From assembly GCA_963715335.1 (NCBI GenBank), contig CAVQRZ010000014.1:1-64000 (forward strand): a DNA stretch of 64,000 bases, read 5' to 3'. Shown piece by piece: positions 1-10,267 of the stretch (the stretch's first letter is position 1; the number at the start of each line of letters is the position of its first letter). The notes beneath the pieces are model-generated. The model did not search any database and was not told the origin of the DNA. It saw only the letters and a program-made list of their open reading frames with translations. This DNA is from an uncultured delta proteobacterium (GTDB lineage Bacteria; Desulfobacterota; Desulfuromonadia; Desulfuromonadales; BM103). The position numbers and the translations under genes are program-made.

Positions 1-138
1 CGCAAGGAGAAGGCACTTTTGCATACTTTTGTTGCCGGACAAAAGTATGGCGTCGGGCGGGACGCGACCCGCCGGTTTTGCTTTTAAGCTTTTAAGAAGT
101 ACAAGAACAGAGGGCAACAGATTAACCTTCTGTTGTCC
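1..138 (+). repeat. Large palindromic dispersed element, copy 1 (right end only; cut by window edge)
   Basis: 1-88 nearly identical to 4815-4901, 23910-23997 and 44159-44244; ends in hairpin gggcaacagattaaccttctgttgtcc (112-138). Confidence 0.9.
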
Positions 139-265
139 ATAAGCTTCATAGAAACTCCACCCTCCAGATAAAAAAACACCCCCCACATCAGATGCGGGGG
201 GTGTCAACAACCTGAGCCGGAGCCCGTAAGGGTTCCGGCTTTATTTTATGTATCGTCAGTGTGCC

Positions 266-763
266 TTATTCACGCACGAAGGTATCCATGTCAGTCTCAT
301 GAACCATCCCCATCAGGCGGGCGTACTCAGACTCGATGATCTGGTAATGATGGTCGGTTGACTTGGCGTTTTGCTCAAAGACTGTACGAACCTCGGCATT
401 GTCGATCTTTCCGGCCAGGGCACGCAGGTGCTCTGCGAGTTTTCTTTCTTTTTCCATGGCGAGTTCCATGGCTTTGCGCTCGTTGAAGTCCCCTGACTTT
501 ACCTGGTCCAGTTCTTTCATCCAGTCCGAATCCTTGTCTGCGCCGGAGTTGAGAAATTCCTGCAGATCGGTGATGTCGTCGCCGGGGTAGACATTGTAGA
601 ACCATTCGGCATGCTCACGCTCTTCACGGGCCAGCAGTTCAAAAACCTTCTTTGCTTCGGGGTTCTTCATCAGTTCCGCGCCGCGCTGATAAAATTCCAT
701 GGCGTTTTTCTCGGTCTGCATGGCCCGGCGTACGGCGTCTTTCACTTCGATATTGTCAAACAT
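266..763 (-). CDS. Rubrerythrin/ferritin-like di-iron domain protein
   Basis: E..A..FY, EEREH and EKE...DHH di-iron four-helix pattern; GAGGAGG RBS. Confidence 0.85.
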   Translation of the reverse strand: MFDNIEVKDAVRRAMQTEKNAMEFYQRGAELMKNPEAKKVFELLAREEREHAEWFYNVYPGDDITDLQEFLNSGADKDSDWMKELDQVKSGDFNERKAMELAMEKERKLAEHLRALAGKIDNAEVRTVFEQNAKSTDHHYQIIESEYARLMGMVHETDMDTFVRE

Positions 764-953
764 GTCATCCTCCTCAAGAGCTTTTATTTATATTTTGCAG
801 AGTTGTTAAACAGAGTTAGAGAATTCAAAGACGGGGAATATTACCAGAAAACATCAACATGCCAAACGAAATTTTTTCCCCGCGCCCATTAAATCAGATA
901 AGGCGGATTGAGCATCCGCCTTATCTGGTCGATATCCGGTTGGGACCCCTGGC

Positions 954-1466
954 TCAGGCTCCTGCCGCAGGGGGTACGAAAGTGCGCTGGGCGAGTTCTT
1001 CGTCGAGCCGCAACAGGCCGTTGCCATCGTCGCCAATGCGCTCGAGTTTTTTTACGATCAGGCTGAAGCTTGCCTCTTCTTCCACCTGCTCGGTGACGAA
1101 CCATTGCAGGAAGATTTCCGATGCGTGGTTGTTGTCTTTACGGGCCTGGTCCACCAGCTTGTTGATGCTGGCGGTGACGAACTTTTCATGCTCCAGTGAA
1201 TACTCGAAGCAGGCGAGAGGCGACTTGTAATCATTCTGCGGTGCGTCGATTGCACGCAGGTCCGTTCTCCCTCCGGCCTCGCAGATGAAATTGAAGAACT
1301 TTTCACCGTGGGTGAGCTCTTCCAATGCCTGGACGCGCATCCACGATGCCAGCCCCGGCAGGTCTTCCGATTCGAAATAACCGCCCATGGCCATGTAAAG
1401 ATAGGCGGAAAGGAATTCATTTTTCATCTGCTCGTTCATAGCGTCGAGCAACTTTTTGCTAAACAT
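954..1466 (-). CDS. ftnA: Non-heme ferritin
   Basis: NEQ..E..SAYLY, EE..H, LEHE and FLQWFV.EQ.EEE ferroxidase motifs. Confidence 0.93.
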   Translation of the reverse strand: MFSKKLLDAMNEQMKNEFLSAYLYMAMGGYFESEDLPGLASWMRVQALEELTHGEKFFNFICEAGGRTDLRAIDAPQNDYKSPLACFEYSLEHEKFVTASINKLVDQARKDNNHASEIFLQWFVTEQVEEEASFSLIVKKLERIGDDGNGLLRLDEELAQRTFVPPAAGA

Positions 1467-1737
1467 TTTGACTGCCTCCTTGAATTTGATAGATGTTTTT
1501 TACATATTCTGCCCTGTTAAAATTTATACCTCAGTAGCAGTGGTTGTGCAATACTGCATACCAAAAACAGGACAAAAAGGATCGTTTTAATTTGTCTGTT
1601 GGAGAAACTTTCCCTTGCCTTTGGCCACCAAGCTGCGCAAAGAACGGAAGGCTGGGTGATTTCAAGCCACTGTGTTAGGATGAGACCGTTGAGCTCCGGG
1701 CCAAAGAACGTATTCTTGACGACGGGAACCCCCTTAA

Positions 1738-2319
1738 ATGATTGTCCATAGCGCAGACTTCATCACCAGTGCCCCGGCTCTGAAAAGTTGTCCTCCGGCG
1801 GACTTGCCTGAGATTGCGTTTGCCGGGCGTAGCAATGTCGGGAAAAGCAGCCTGATCAATTGCCTGCTTAACCGCAGGGGGCTGGTTCGCACGTCCTCAA
1901 CTCCCGGGCGCACCCAGTTGCTGAATTTTTTTGCCATCAATGAAACACTGTATTTTGTTGATCTGCCGGGTTACGGCTTCGCCAAGGCGCCGCGTTCGGT
2001 GCGTGAACAATGGCAACCGATGGTGCACGGTTATCTGCATGGGCGGTCAACGCTGAAAGCTGTCGTCTGGCTGCTCGATGTCCGTCGCGATCCCAGCAGC
2101 GAAGATCTGCAATTCCTGGATTGGCTGGAAGAGAATGAAATCCCGACGATTCCGGTGGTGACCAAGGTTGACAAGATCAGCCGTAACCAGTTGCAGCGGC
2201 GTATGGCAAAAATCGCCGGCAGTACAGGGCTCTCTGCGAATCTCTTGACGCCTTTTTCGGTGCTGAGCCGCCAGGGGTATGATGAAGTCTGGGAATTGAT
2301 TGCGGCCGCTCTGCAATAA
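1738..2319 (+). CDS. engB: Ribosome biogenesis GTP-binding protein YihA/YsxC
   Basis: GRSNVGKSSLIN, TPGRTQ, DLPGYG and TKVDK GTPase motifs. Confidence 0.95.
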   Translation: MIVHSADFITSAPALKSCPPADLPEIAFAGRSNVGKSSLINCLLNRRGLVRTSSTPGRTQLLNFFAINETLYFVDLPGYGFAKAPRSVREQWQPMVHGYLHGRSTLKAVVWLLDVRRDPSSEDLQFLDWLEENEIPTIPVVTKVDKISRNQLQRRMAKIAGSTGLSANLLTPFSVLSRQGYDEVWELIAAALQ

Positions 2320-2356
2320 AATTTTTTCAATGACAACAACCTGTTAGGGCTTGTCG

Positions 2357-2974
2357 ATGCAACGTACACGTATTTACCTGGTGCGCCACGGCCAGGTTGA
2401 AGGTTACCAGGAGAAACGCTACAACGGTCAGACCAACGTTCCCCTGACCGGGCTTGGCAAAGAGCAATCTGAACGGGTCTGCGCCTGCCTGACTGGCATT
2501 GCTTTGGACGCAGTCTACTCCAGCGACCTGGATCGCAGTCGCTATTGTGCCCGCTTGATCGCCGATCGTCACGGTCTGGTCGTGGTTGCGGAAGAGGCCC
2601 TGCGCGAAATTAATTTCGGCGACTGGGAGGGGCGGACATGGGTCGAGCTTCAGGAGGCTTACCCGCACGACTGGCAGAAGCGTCTGCAGGACCTGGCCAA
2701 TTACCAGGTGCCGGGCGGGGAAAGCCTGCAGGATGCTGCGGACCGTATCCGACCGGTGATCAGGCGTATCTTTGCAAAGCATCCGGATGGCGATGTCGCC
2801 CTGGTGGCGCATGGCGGCGTCAACCGGATTGTTTTGCTCGATGCAATCGGTGCCGCCTTGGAGCAGGCGTTTTCCATTGAGCAGGACTACGGTTGCCTGA
2901 ACATCATTGATTACCTGGATGATGGACATTCGGTTGTCAGGCTTCTGAACGGTACTGCACACCAGAATCCCTGA
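2357..2974 (+). CDS. cobC: Histidine phosphatase, probably alpha-ribazole phosphatase
   Basis: LVRHGQ, EINFG.WEG, PGGES and AHGG motifs; next to cbiET; start moved to ATG 2357. Confidence 0.75.
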   Translation: MQRTRIYLVRHGQVEGYQEKRYNGQTNVPLTGLGKEQSERVCACLTGIALDAVYSSDLDRSRYCARLIADRHGLVVVAEEALREINFGDWEGRTWVELQEAYPHDWQKRLQDLANYQVPGGESLQDAADRIRPVIRRIFAKHPDGDVALVAHGGVNRIVLLDAIGAALEQAFSIEQDYGCLNIIDYLDDGHSVVRLLNGTAHQNP

Positions 2975-3121
2975 CGAGATCGGCGTCTTGCTCGCACAGA
3001 GCGGGGTTGACGAGGCCACAGGGAACGAGTATAGATTTGATTTCAGACTGCTCGCAGGGTGTCATCCCTGTGATCGGGAATGATTTTTCTTCAGCAGCCA
3101 TCTCCAGGAGGATGCAGGCAA

Positions 3122-4333
3122 ATGAACACAATCCATGTCATCGGCGCCGGGATTGAAGGCCAGGAGGGATTCAGTCGCAGGGCCCTGGAAATTGTCGAGC
3201 AGGCGGACATCTTGATCGGTGGCGCCGGACAACTGGCGCTGTTTCCGGACTTTAACGGCGAAACCCTGGTGATCGAAGCCAATCTGGCTCCGGTTGTGGA
3301 GTGCCTGGCCGCAGCCAAAGGGGCCGCTGTCGTGCTTGCCTCGGGAGACCCTCTCTTCTTTGGCATCGGCCGCTACCTGCTGCGAAACCTGCCTGATGCA
3401 GAACTGGAATTCGTGCCGAATGTAAGCTCGGTCCAGTATGCTTTTGCCAAGATCCGGGAACCCTGGGACGATGCCGTATTTGTCTCGGCCGAAGGCCGGG
3501 GGATGAAAGGCACGGTTGACCAGGTTGTCGCCCATGACAAGATTGCGATTTTGACCGACGCAGTCAACACGCCGTCGGCGATTGCCACCGAACTGATCGA
3601 ACGCGGGCGTGATGGCTACACGGCCTACCTCTGTGAAAATCTCGGCACGTCGGAAGAGGCGATCACCCGTACCGACCTCAAGGCATTGCTTGACCTTGCG
3701 GCGGCGCCGCTGAATGTCCTGATCCTGATCAAGGAGTATGAAGCCGGTGGCGATGGCGCCGGCCCCTGCCTGGGGATTCCGGACGAGGATTTTGCAACGG
3801 TCAAGAAGCTGATCACCAGGGAAGAGGTTCGGGCCGTGAGCCTGGCCAAGCTGCGCCTGCGTCACGACATGATTCTCTGGGATATCGGCGCCGGTTCCGG
3901 TTCGGTCAGCATTGAGGCGGACCACCTGATGCCGAACGGTCAGGTTTTTGCCGTGGAACGCAATCCCCAATGCCTGGCGTATCTGAAGAAAAACCTGCAG
4001 AAGTTCAACTCCCGCAACATCACCCTGGTCGAGGAAGAAGCTCCGCATTGCCTCGACGACCTGCCAGACCCCGACCGGGTGTTCATCGGCGGCTCCGGTG
4101 GCCATTTGTGGAAGATCCTCGAAGCTGTCGATGGCCGATTGGCGACCGGCGGACGCGTCGTGCTCAATTCGGCCACCCTTGACACCCTGACCGCGGCGAC
4201 CGAGTTTTTTGAGAACGCCGGTTATGAGCTGGAAGTCACTTCGGTCAATATCGCACGGACCCGGCCACTGACCGATTACAAGATGTTCGAGGCTTTTAAC
4301 CCGGTCTTTGTCGTGGTGGCCGTCAAGGAATAA
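3122..4333 (+). CDS. cbiET: Bifunctional cobalt-precorrin C5/C15 methyltransferase CbiE-CbiT (CobL-like)
   Basis: VLASGDP.FFGIG N-domain; IT.EEVR..SL.KL and WDIGAGSGSV C-domain; GGAGG RBS before ATG 3122. Confidence 0.92.
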   Translation: MNTIHVIGAGIEGQEGFSRRALEIVEQADILIGGAGQLALFPDFNGETLVIEANLAPVVECLAAAKGAAVVLASGDPLFFGIGRYLLRNLPDAELEFVPNVSSVQYAFAKIREPWDDAVFVSAEGRGMKGTVDQVVAHDKIAILTDAVNTPSAIATELIERGRDGYTAYLCENLGTSEEAITRTDLKALLDLAAAPLNVLILIKEYEAGGDGAGPCLGIPDEDFATVKKLITREEVRAVSLAKLRLRHDMILWDIGAGSGSVSIEADHLMPNGQVFAVERNPQCLAYLKKNLQKFNSRNITLVEEEAPHCLDDLPDPDRVFIGGSGGHLWKILEAVDGRLATGGRVVLNSATLDTLTAATEFFENAGYELEVTSVNIARTRPLTDYKMFEAFNPVFVVVAVKE

Positions 4334-4416
4334 GGCGACGCCTGCGTGGTCACGGCCAGGGAGGGGGATGGTGAGATTGACCCGGTGGCTGACTGCAGCG
4401 ATTCATTGATTCAGAC

Positions 4417-4929
4417 AAGGGCAACAGATGGTTCATCTGTTGCCCTTTTTCGTTGTACTCTGGAATTCAAAGACAAAAGCAAAACCCGGGGTTGCGCCCC
4501 CCGACTGCGCCTTACTCTTTTGCTGGCCCAAAAGAGTAAGCAGAAAAGGGCCTGCGCTGCGCTGGGCATGTCTGGCTCGGAGTGGCGGCAACTTCAATGC
4601 AGAACTGTTCTAAACGATCAAAAGGCTACGCTTCCCCCGCAGGAGCCGAGGCTCTTGAGAGCCTCTCCATTTGTTGAGAGTTGTATCGGTTGTGATGTTT
4701 TTCAGGTTTTTCTCTTGTAGGTCACGCAGAAAGGTCAGGCCCTTTGACACAGGGCCGGATCCCCATCACAGCAGGTTGTTGAAGTCACAGACATCCGGCA
4801 GAGGAGATGCCCTCCGCAAGGAGAAGGCACTTTTGCATACTTTTGTTGCCGGACAAAAGTATGGCGTCGGGCGGGACGCGACCCGCCGGTTTTGCTTTTA
4901 AGCATTTCAAGAAAAAGAACAAGGGCAAC
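4417..4929 (+). repeat. Large palindromic dispersed element, copy 2
   Basis: Starts with hairpin aagggcaacagatg-gtt-catctgttgccctt; colinear with copies at 23503 and 43765 and, inverted, with 32290 and 56570. Confidence 0.92.
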
Positions 4930-5027
4930 TGACGCGGGAGTTTGGTCTGGACTTGCAGCGGATGAATTGGTATTAATGATTGTTATAAGAAGCTGCAAAA
5001 ACATCTGCATAAGGAGGAACTCTTCAC

Positions 5028-6008
5028 ATGAGCAATACGGTCCACTATTCCGAACTCGGTCTGGTCAATACCCGTGAAATGTTTGCCAAGGCCGTTGACG
5101 GTGGTTATGCCATCCCGGCTTACAATTTCAACAATCTCGAGCAGCTCCAGGCGATCGTCACCGCCTGTGCCGAGAGCCGCTCGCCGGTCATCATCCAGGT
5201 CAGCAAGGGCGCCCGCGATTACGCCAATGCGACCATGCTGCGCTACATGGCGATGGGCGCGGTGAAGATGGCCCAGGAAATGGGCGCCGCTATCCCGATC
5301 TGCCTGCACCTGGACCACGGCGACTCCTTCGACCTCTGCAAGTCCTGCATCGACAGCGGCTTCTCCTCGGTTATGATCGACGGCTCGCACCTCTCTTACG
5401 ACGAGAATGTTGCTTTGACCAGAAAGGTCGTCGAGTACGCCCACCGGTTCGATGTAACGGTCGAAGGCGAGCTTGGTGTTCTGGCCGGCATTGAAGACGA
5501 TGTCCAGGCGGAAAAGTCGACCTACACCAAGCCCGAGGAGGTCGAGGATTTCGTCAGGAAGACCGGCGTCGACTCGCTGGCGATCTCGATCGGCACCAGC
5601 CACGGGGCATTCAAATTCAAACTGAAAGAAGGCGAAGAAGTGCCGCCGTTGCGCTTTGATATCCTCGAAGAGATTGAAAGACGGATTCCGGGCTTCCCGA
5701 TCGTTCTGCACGGCGCCTCGAGCGTTGTTCAGGATTACGTCGCCCTGATCAACCAGTATGGCGGCAAGATGGAAGGCGCGATCGGCGTCTCGGAGGACCA
5801 GCTGCGCAGGGCCGCGAAGAGCGCGGTCTGCAAGATCAATATCGATTCCGACGGGCGCCTGGTCGTGACCGCCAAGATCCGTGAGTACCTGGCCAAGAAC
5901 CCGGGCGAATTCGATCCGCGCAAGTACCTCGGCGCAGCGCGCAAGGAGCTGACCGAACTGCTCAAGCACAAGAACGCGACGGTGCTGGGGAGTGCCGGGA
6001 AGGCCTAA
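5028..6008 (+). CDS. fba: Class II fructose-1,6-bisphosphate aldolase
   Basis: LHLDHG, VMIDGS, VEGELG, GTSHG, LHGAS and KINID motifs. Confidence 0.95.
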   Translation: MSNTVHYSELGLVNTREMFAKAVDGGYAIPAYNFNNLEQLQAIVTACAESRSPVIIQVSKGARDYANATMLRYMAMGAVKMAQEMGAAIPICLHLDHGDSFDLCKSCIDSGFSSVMIDGSHLSYDENVALTRKVVEYAHRFDVTVEGELGVLAGIEDDVQAEKSTYTKPEEVEDFVRKTGVDSLAISIGTSHGAFKFKLKEGEEVPPLRFDILEEIERRIPGFPIVLHGASSVVQDYVALINQYGGKMEGAIGVSEDQLRRAAKSAVCKINIDSDGRLVVTAKIREYLAKNPGEFDPRKYLGAARKELTELLKHKNATVLGSAGKA

Positions 6009-6103
6009 AGGTTTGTAGCGTGAGGCGCGAAGTGCGAGGCGCGACAAAAGATTGATAAGCACTTAAATCGGCGACAGTTACCTGATTTCATCCGCAATGA
6101 TGA

Positions 6104-7372
6104 TTAAAAGGTAACGGTCGCCTTTTTTATTTCCCTTTGCCGTGGCTCTTTCATCGTCATGGGCAGGGGGATAAACGTCACCTCCAGTTCGAGGCGTTCA
6201 CCTCCGCGCTCAATCGTCAATTTGGACCGGTCGCCGCTGACATGCTGGTTGACGGCGTAGATGAGGTCGAAGTTCTCCTTGATTTCAGCACCGTCGAGTG
6301 CGACGACGATGTCCCCCTCTGCAACGCCGGCGATGGCGGCCGCCGAGTCCGGCACGACGGCTTCGACAACCACCTTGCCCTCCTCATCCTGCATGCGTAC
6401 GCCGAGCTTGACGCGCTCGCCGGGCAGCTTCTCGTATTCCGTGTAGGCCAGGTAGTCGTAGGGGACCATCGGGAAGGTCGGCAGCTCGACATCCATGAGC
6501 TTGTCCTGAAGCTCGGCCGGCACGACCAGCTCCAGGCTGCCGACCAGAACGTAGGATGTCGGCATGCGGCGGTAAACGCGCCTCGGTATGCCGAAGCCGT
6601 GACGGACGTGATAACCGCCGGCAATCACCACCATGCGATGTTCTTGCCCCTTCTCAGCCATGTGCGTGACGATGCTTTCCGCCATGCTTTCATCCCAGAG
6701 GGTCTGGACGCGCAAAAAGGATTCAAGCATTTTCGGACCCTGACCATGCCCGGCGAATATGGCTTCGGTCATGGCCTTCTGGTAGATGTCGGCAAAATCC
6801 ATTTCCGGCAGCTGCATGCGGGTCTCATCGTCAAGTTCGGCCAGATCATGCATGCCGACCTTTTGGCGGAGATCCTTGCTGACGTTGATGCCGACCACAG
6901 GAATCTTCGCTTCGCGTGCGTAGTGCAGGATGTCGGAATAATAGGCAAAATCCATCCGCCAATTGTCGTACCAGTCAGAGCCCTTGAGAAGCTCCTTTTC
7001 ATTCAATTCGCCGGCCACCCACTTGTCGAGAACGTCCTGATGTCCGGAATTGAACATCTCCATGCCCAGGCTGACCTGGCCCGGGTAGCGCTCTGCGACA
7101 GCTTTCAGGACCTGCAGCTCCTGTCTATGTGAAGCCGGGTTGTCGTGGGTTTCTCCGACATAGATGATCCGGGCATCGGAGATCGCTGCAGCCATCTGCT
7201 CTGCAGTGACTTTGACGCCGGTTGGTAGATGGACAATGTCACCAACCGCCGGATTTAATTCGGGATAAGGGTTTTCAGGGTTGCCGATCGGTTGCTGGGT
7301 CATGGTGCAGGCCGTCAGGATCAAAAAAAGCAGACCAGAGATAAGTGCCAGGGGGATGCCTAGTCGGTTCAT
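6104..7372 (-). CDS. ChaN-family lipoprotein with C-terminal PDZ domain
   Basis: Lipobox LILTAC; VGETHDN..H, LGMEMF, WD.SMA and AGG.H ChaN motifs; C-terminal V.PDSAA..AGV..GD.V PDZ. Confidence 0.8.
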   Translation of the reverse strand: MNRLGIPLALISGLLFLILTACTMTQQPIGNPENPYPELNPAVGDIVHLPTGVKVTAEQMAAAISDARIIYVGETHDNPASHRQELQVLKAVAERYPGQVSLGMEMFNSGHQDVLDKWVAGELNEKELLKGSDWYDNWRMDFAYYSDILHYAREAKIPVVGINVSKDLRQKVGMHDLAELDDETRMQLPEMDFADIYQKAMTEAIFAGHGQGPKMLESFLRVQTLWDESMAESIVTHMAEKGQEHRMVVIAGGYHVRHGFGIPRRVYRRMPTSYVLVGSLELVVPAELQDKLMDVELPTFPMVPYDYLAYTEYEKLPGERVKLGVRMQDEEGKVVVEAVVPDSAAAIAGVAEGDIVVALDGAEIKENFDLIYAVNQHVSGDRSKLTIERGGERLELEVTFIPLPMTMKEPRQREIKKATVTF

Positions 7373-7567
7373 TCTCGTAACCTTGAATATGAAGATTGTT
7401 ATCAGTTCGCTTGTCAATTACGAATATACATCATTACCATATCATGTGAAAACTGATTTGACCTGAGTTCCTTTTTCAGTTGACAATCAGGACGGTAAAG
7501 GGTGAAAAGAGCAGGATATTTGGGATTTTAGATGAAAATTGATCAAAGGTCAGGAAGGAACTTTAAA

Positions 7568-8767
7568 ATGAGTAAAGTCATGATTATCGGCGCCGGCGGC
7601 GTCGGCAGGGTTGTTGCCCACAAATGTGCGCAGCGCACAGATATCTTTTCATCGATTACTCTGGCCTCCCGCACCCGATCAAAGTGTGATGCGATCGCCG
7701 CAGAAATCACAGCTGCCGAGATCAAGACTGCGCAGGTTGATGCCGACAGGGTTTCTGAATTGACGGCCCTGCTGCAGAAGGAACAACCTAAACTGGTGAT
7801 CAACGTGGCGCTGCCTTACCAGGATTTGACAATCATGGATGCCTGCCTGGCCGCCGGTGTCGATTATCTCGACACGGCCAACTACGAACCGCCAGATACG
7901 GCGAAGTTCGAATACCGGTGGCAGTGGGATTACCAGGAACGCTTCCGCGAGCAAGGTCTGATGGCACTCCTCGGCTGCGGTTTTGATCCTGGCATGACCA
8001 ACGTCTATACTGCCCTGGCGGCAAAGAACTACCTGGACGAGGTCCAGGAGATCGACATTATCGATGCCAACGCCGGCAGCCATGGCCAGCCTTTTGCCAC
8101 CAACTTCAACCCGGAAATCAACATCCGCGAAGTGACGGCGCCCTGTCGGCACTGGGAAAACGGCGAATGGGTGGAGACCAAAGCCTTGGCCACCCGGCGC
8201 CTGTTCGACTTCCCCGGCGGCGTCGGGCAGATGAATATCTACCGCATGTACCACGAGGAGATGGAATCGCTGGTCAAGCATATCCCGACGATCAGGAAGG
8301 CCCAGTTCTGGATGACGTTCTCCGACAATTATCTCAAGCATCTTGAGGTTCTGCAGAACGTTGGCATGACCCGCATTGACGAGGTCGAATATCAGGGGCA
8401 GAAGATCGTACCGCTGCAGTTCCTCAAGGCGGTCCTGCCCGACCCCGGTTCGCTCGGCCCCTTGACCAGGGGCAAAACCTGTATCGGCGTGATTGCCCGA
8501 GGTCTCAAGGACGGTGAGCGCAGACAGGTCTATATCTACAATATCTGCGATCACGAGCAGTGTTACGCGGAGGTCAACTCCCAGGCCATCAGCTACACCA
8601 CCGGCGTACCGGCCGTGGTCGGCGGGATCATGATGCTGACCGGGCAATGGCACAAACCGGGGGTATGGAACATGGAGCAGTTCGATCCCGAGCCGTTCCT
8701 CGCCGAGGCCGGCCCGATGGGCTTGCCGCATGTCGTGATTGAAAATGGATATTGGCCGCCACTGTGA
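7568..8767 (+). CDS. Saccharopine dehydrogenase family protein (carboxy(nor)spermidine dehydrogenase)
   Basis: IIGAGGVG, NVALPYQD, YLDTANYEP, GFDPG and ATNFNPEIN motifs; directly upstream of nspC. Confidence 0.88.
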   Translation: MSKVMIIGAGGVGRVVAHKCAQRTDIFSSITLASRTRSKCDAIAAEITAAEIKTAQVDADRVSELTALLQKEQPKLVINVALPYQDLTIMDACLAAGVDYLDTANYEPPDTAKFEYRWQWDYQERFREQGLMALLGCGFDPGMTNVYTALAAKNYLDEVQEIDIIDANAGSHGQPFATNFNPEINIREVTAPCRHWENGEWVETKALATRRLFDFPGGVGQMNIYRMYHEEMESLVKHIPTIRKAQFWMTFSDNYLKHLEVLQNVGMTRIDEVEYQGQKIVPLQFLKAVLPDPGSLGPLTRGKTCIGVIARGLKDGERRQVYIYNICDHEQCYAEVNSQAISYTTGVPAVVGGIMMLTGQWHKPGVWNMEQFDPEPFLAEAGPMGLPHVVIENGYWPPL

Positions 8768-8805
8768 AAAATGAGGAAAGATCGGTTAGACGCAAAGGAT
8801 TATGT

Positions 8806-8905
8806 ATTCAGAATCCAGTATCCAGAATCCAGAATTCAGTCAGGCGACTTCGACATTTGGGCTAGATTCTTAATTCTGGATACTGAATTCTTGATACTAG
8901 ATACT
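8806..8905. repeat. Inverted pair of heptamer arrays (AT[CT]CAG[AT])n
   Basis: attcaga atccagt atccaga atccaga attcagt (8806-8840), with a degenerate reverse-complement array at 8866-8905. Confidence 0.85.
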
Positions 8906-8972
8906 CTTTAACATTACACCGGTTAGCTCTACTTCAGACGCTTGCTGAATAGTATCAACAGGAATAGTTGTA

Positions 8973-10127
8973 TTGAACAATATCGACATCCCGAAAATTC
9001 TTCAGCTGGCACCATCCCCGGCCTATGTCGTCGACCTGGGTCGCCTGCGGCATAACCTGGCAATTCTCGACGAGGTGCAGCAGCGCAGCGGGGCGAAGAT
9101 TCTCATGGCGCTGAAGGCGTTTGCCATGTGGAGCACTTTCCCGCTGATTCGGGAAACTCTGCGGGGCGTGTGCGCCTCGTCGCCGTGGGAGGCCCGCCTG
9201 GGGCGGGAGACTTTTGGCGGAGAGGTGCACTCTTTTGCCGCAGCATTCAAGGCGAGGGACATCGCCGAACTTCTGTCGATTTCCGATCACCTGGTGTTCA
9301 ATTCCTTCGGTCAGCTGGAGCGTTTCCGCCCACTCTGGGAGAAGGAACGGAGCAGGGTGTCGATCGGCCTGCGAGTCAATCCCGAACACTCCGAGGGACA
9401 AACGGAAATTTACGATCCCTGTGCCAGGAATTCCCGGCTCGGCATTCCGCGCCGGGAATTCGATGGCAAATCAATGGCCGGGGTGGACGGGCTGCATTTT
9501 CACACCCTCTGTGAGCACCTCTTTGAACCGTTGGCCAGGACCGCGAAAGTTTTCGAGGCGCAGTTCGGCGAATTTCTGCCGGCAATGAAGTGGCTCAATT
9601 TCGGCGGCGGCCACCATATTACCCGTGCAGGGTATGATATCGACGGGCTGGTCGCCCTGGTCAAACACTTCAGGGAGAAGTACAACGTAGAGGTCTACCT
9701 CGAACCCGGTGAAGCCGTTGTCATAGGCACCGGCCTGCTGGTCGGCGAGGTGCTGGACGTGGTGCCGAACGAGATTGAGACGGCAATTCTCGATGTATCG
9801 GCAACCTGCCACATGCCCGATATCCTGGAGATGCCATACCGACCGGAAATCCTGGGCGGGTATGATCCGGGCGTCAAGGAATACACCTACCGTCTCGGTG
9901 GACCGTCCTGCCTCGCCGGTGATATCATTGGCGACTGGTCGTTTGAAAAACCACTGACCCCCGGTGACCGGCTGGCGTTTCTCGACATGGCCCACTACAC
10001 TATGGTCAAGACGACAACATTCAACGGCATCCAGCATCCGCACCTCTGTATGTATGAGCCGGAACTCGAAAGTTTGCGCGTGGTTCGCAGCTTTGGCTAC
10101 GAGGACTTTCGCAATCGTCTGTCGTGA
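8973..10127 (+). CDS. nspC: Carboxynorspermidine decarboxylase
   Basis: LALKAFA-like lysine motif, YDPC..SRLG, HFHTLCE, NFGGGHH, EPGE, CLAGD and YTMVKT..FNG; TTG start. Confidence 0.93.
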   Translation: MNNIDIPKILQLAPSPAYVVDLGRLRHNLAILDEVQQRSGAKILMALKAFAMWSTFPLIRETLRGVCASSPWEARLGRETFGGEVHSFAAAFKARDIAELLSISDHLVFNSFGQLERFRPLWEKERSRVSIGLRVNPEHSEGQTEIYDPCARNSRLGIPRREFDGKSMAGVDGLHFHTLCEHLFEPLARTAKVFEAQFGEFLPAMKWLNFGGGHHITRAGYDIDGLVALVKHFREKYNVEVYLEPGEAVVIGTGLLVGEVLDVVPNEIETAILDVSATCHMPDILEMPYRPEILGGYDPGVKEYTYRLGGPSCLAGDIIGDWSFEKPLTPGDRLAFLDMAHYTMVKTTTFNGIQHPHLCMYEPELESLRVVRSFGYEDFRNRLS

Positions 10128-10158
10128 AATCGTGGCAAGCTTTGGCCGGATATGGAGA

Positions 10159-10251
10159 ATTCAGTATCCAGTATCCAGAATTCAGTAGGAAAGTCTCAAG
10201 CTGTAGGGGTAAATTTTTATTCTGGATTCTGAATACTGGATTCTGAATACT
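10159..10251. repeat. Inverted pair of heptamer arrays (AT[CT]CAG[AT])n
   Basis: 4 units at 10159-10186 and ~5 reverse-complement units at 10219-10251, between nspC and speA. Confidence 0.88.
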
Positions 10252-10267
10252 CACGAAAGGTTCATCC

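Noticed and set aside
895..927. REP-like hairpin cagataaggcggat-tgagc-atccgccttatctg
   Set aside because: Single copy in the window; most simply the ferritin terminator
2975..3121. Cobalamin riboswitch upstream of cbiET
   Set aside because: The region is short and has no convincing B12-box or GCCACTG/GGGAAG core
4346..5010. ORFs inside the palindromic element (4346-4720, 4428-4613, 4671-4901; also 43708-44273 and 56618-57073)
   Set aside because: Frames and lengths are not conserved between copies, indels are not in multiples of three, and there is no transposase motif
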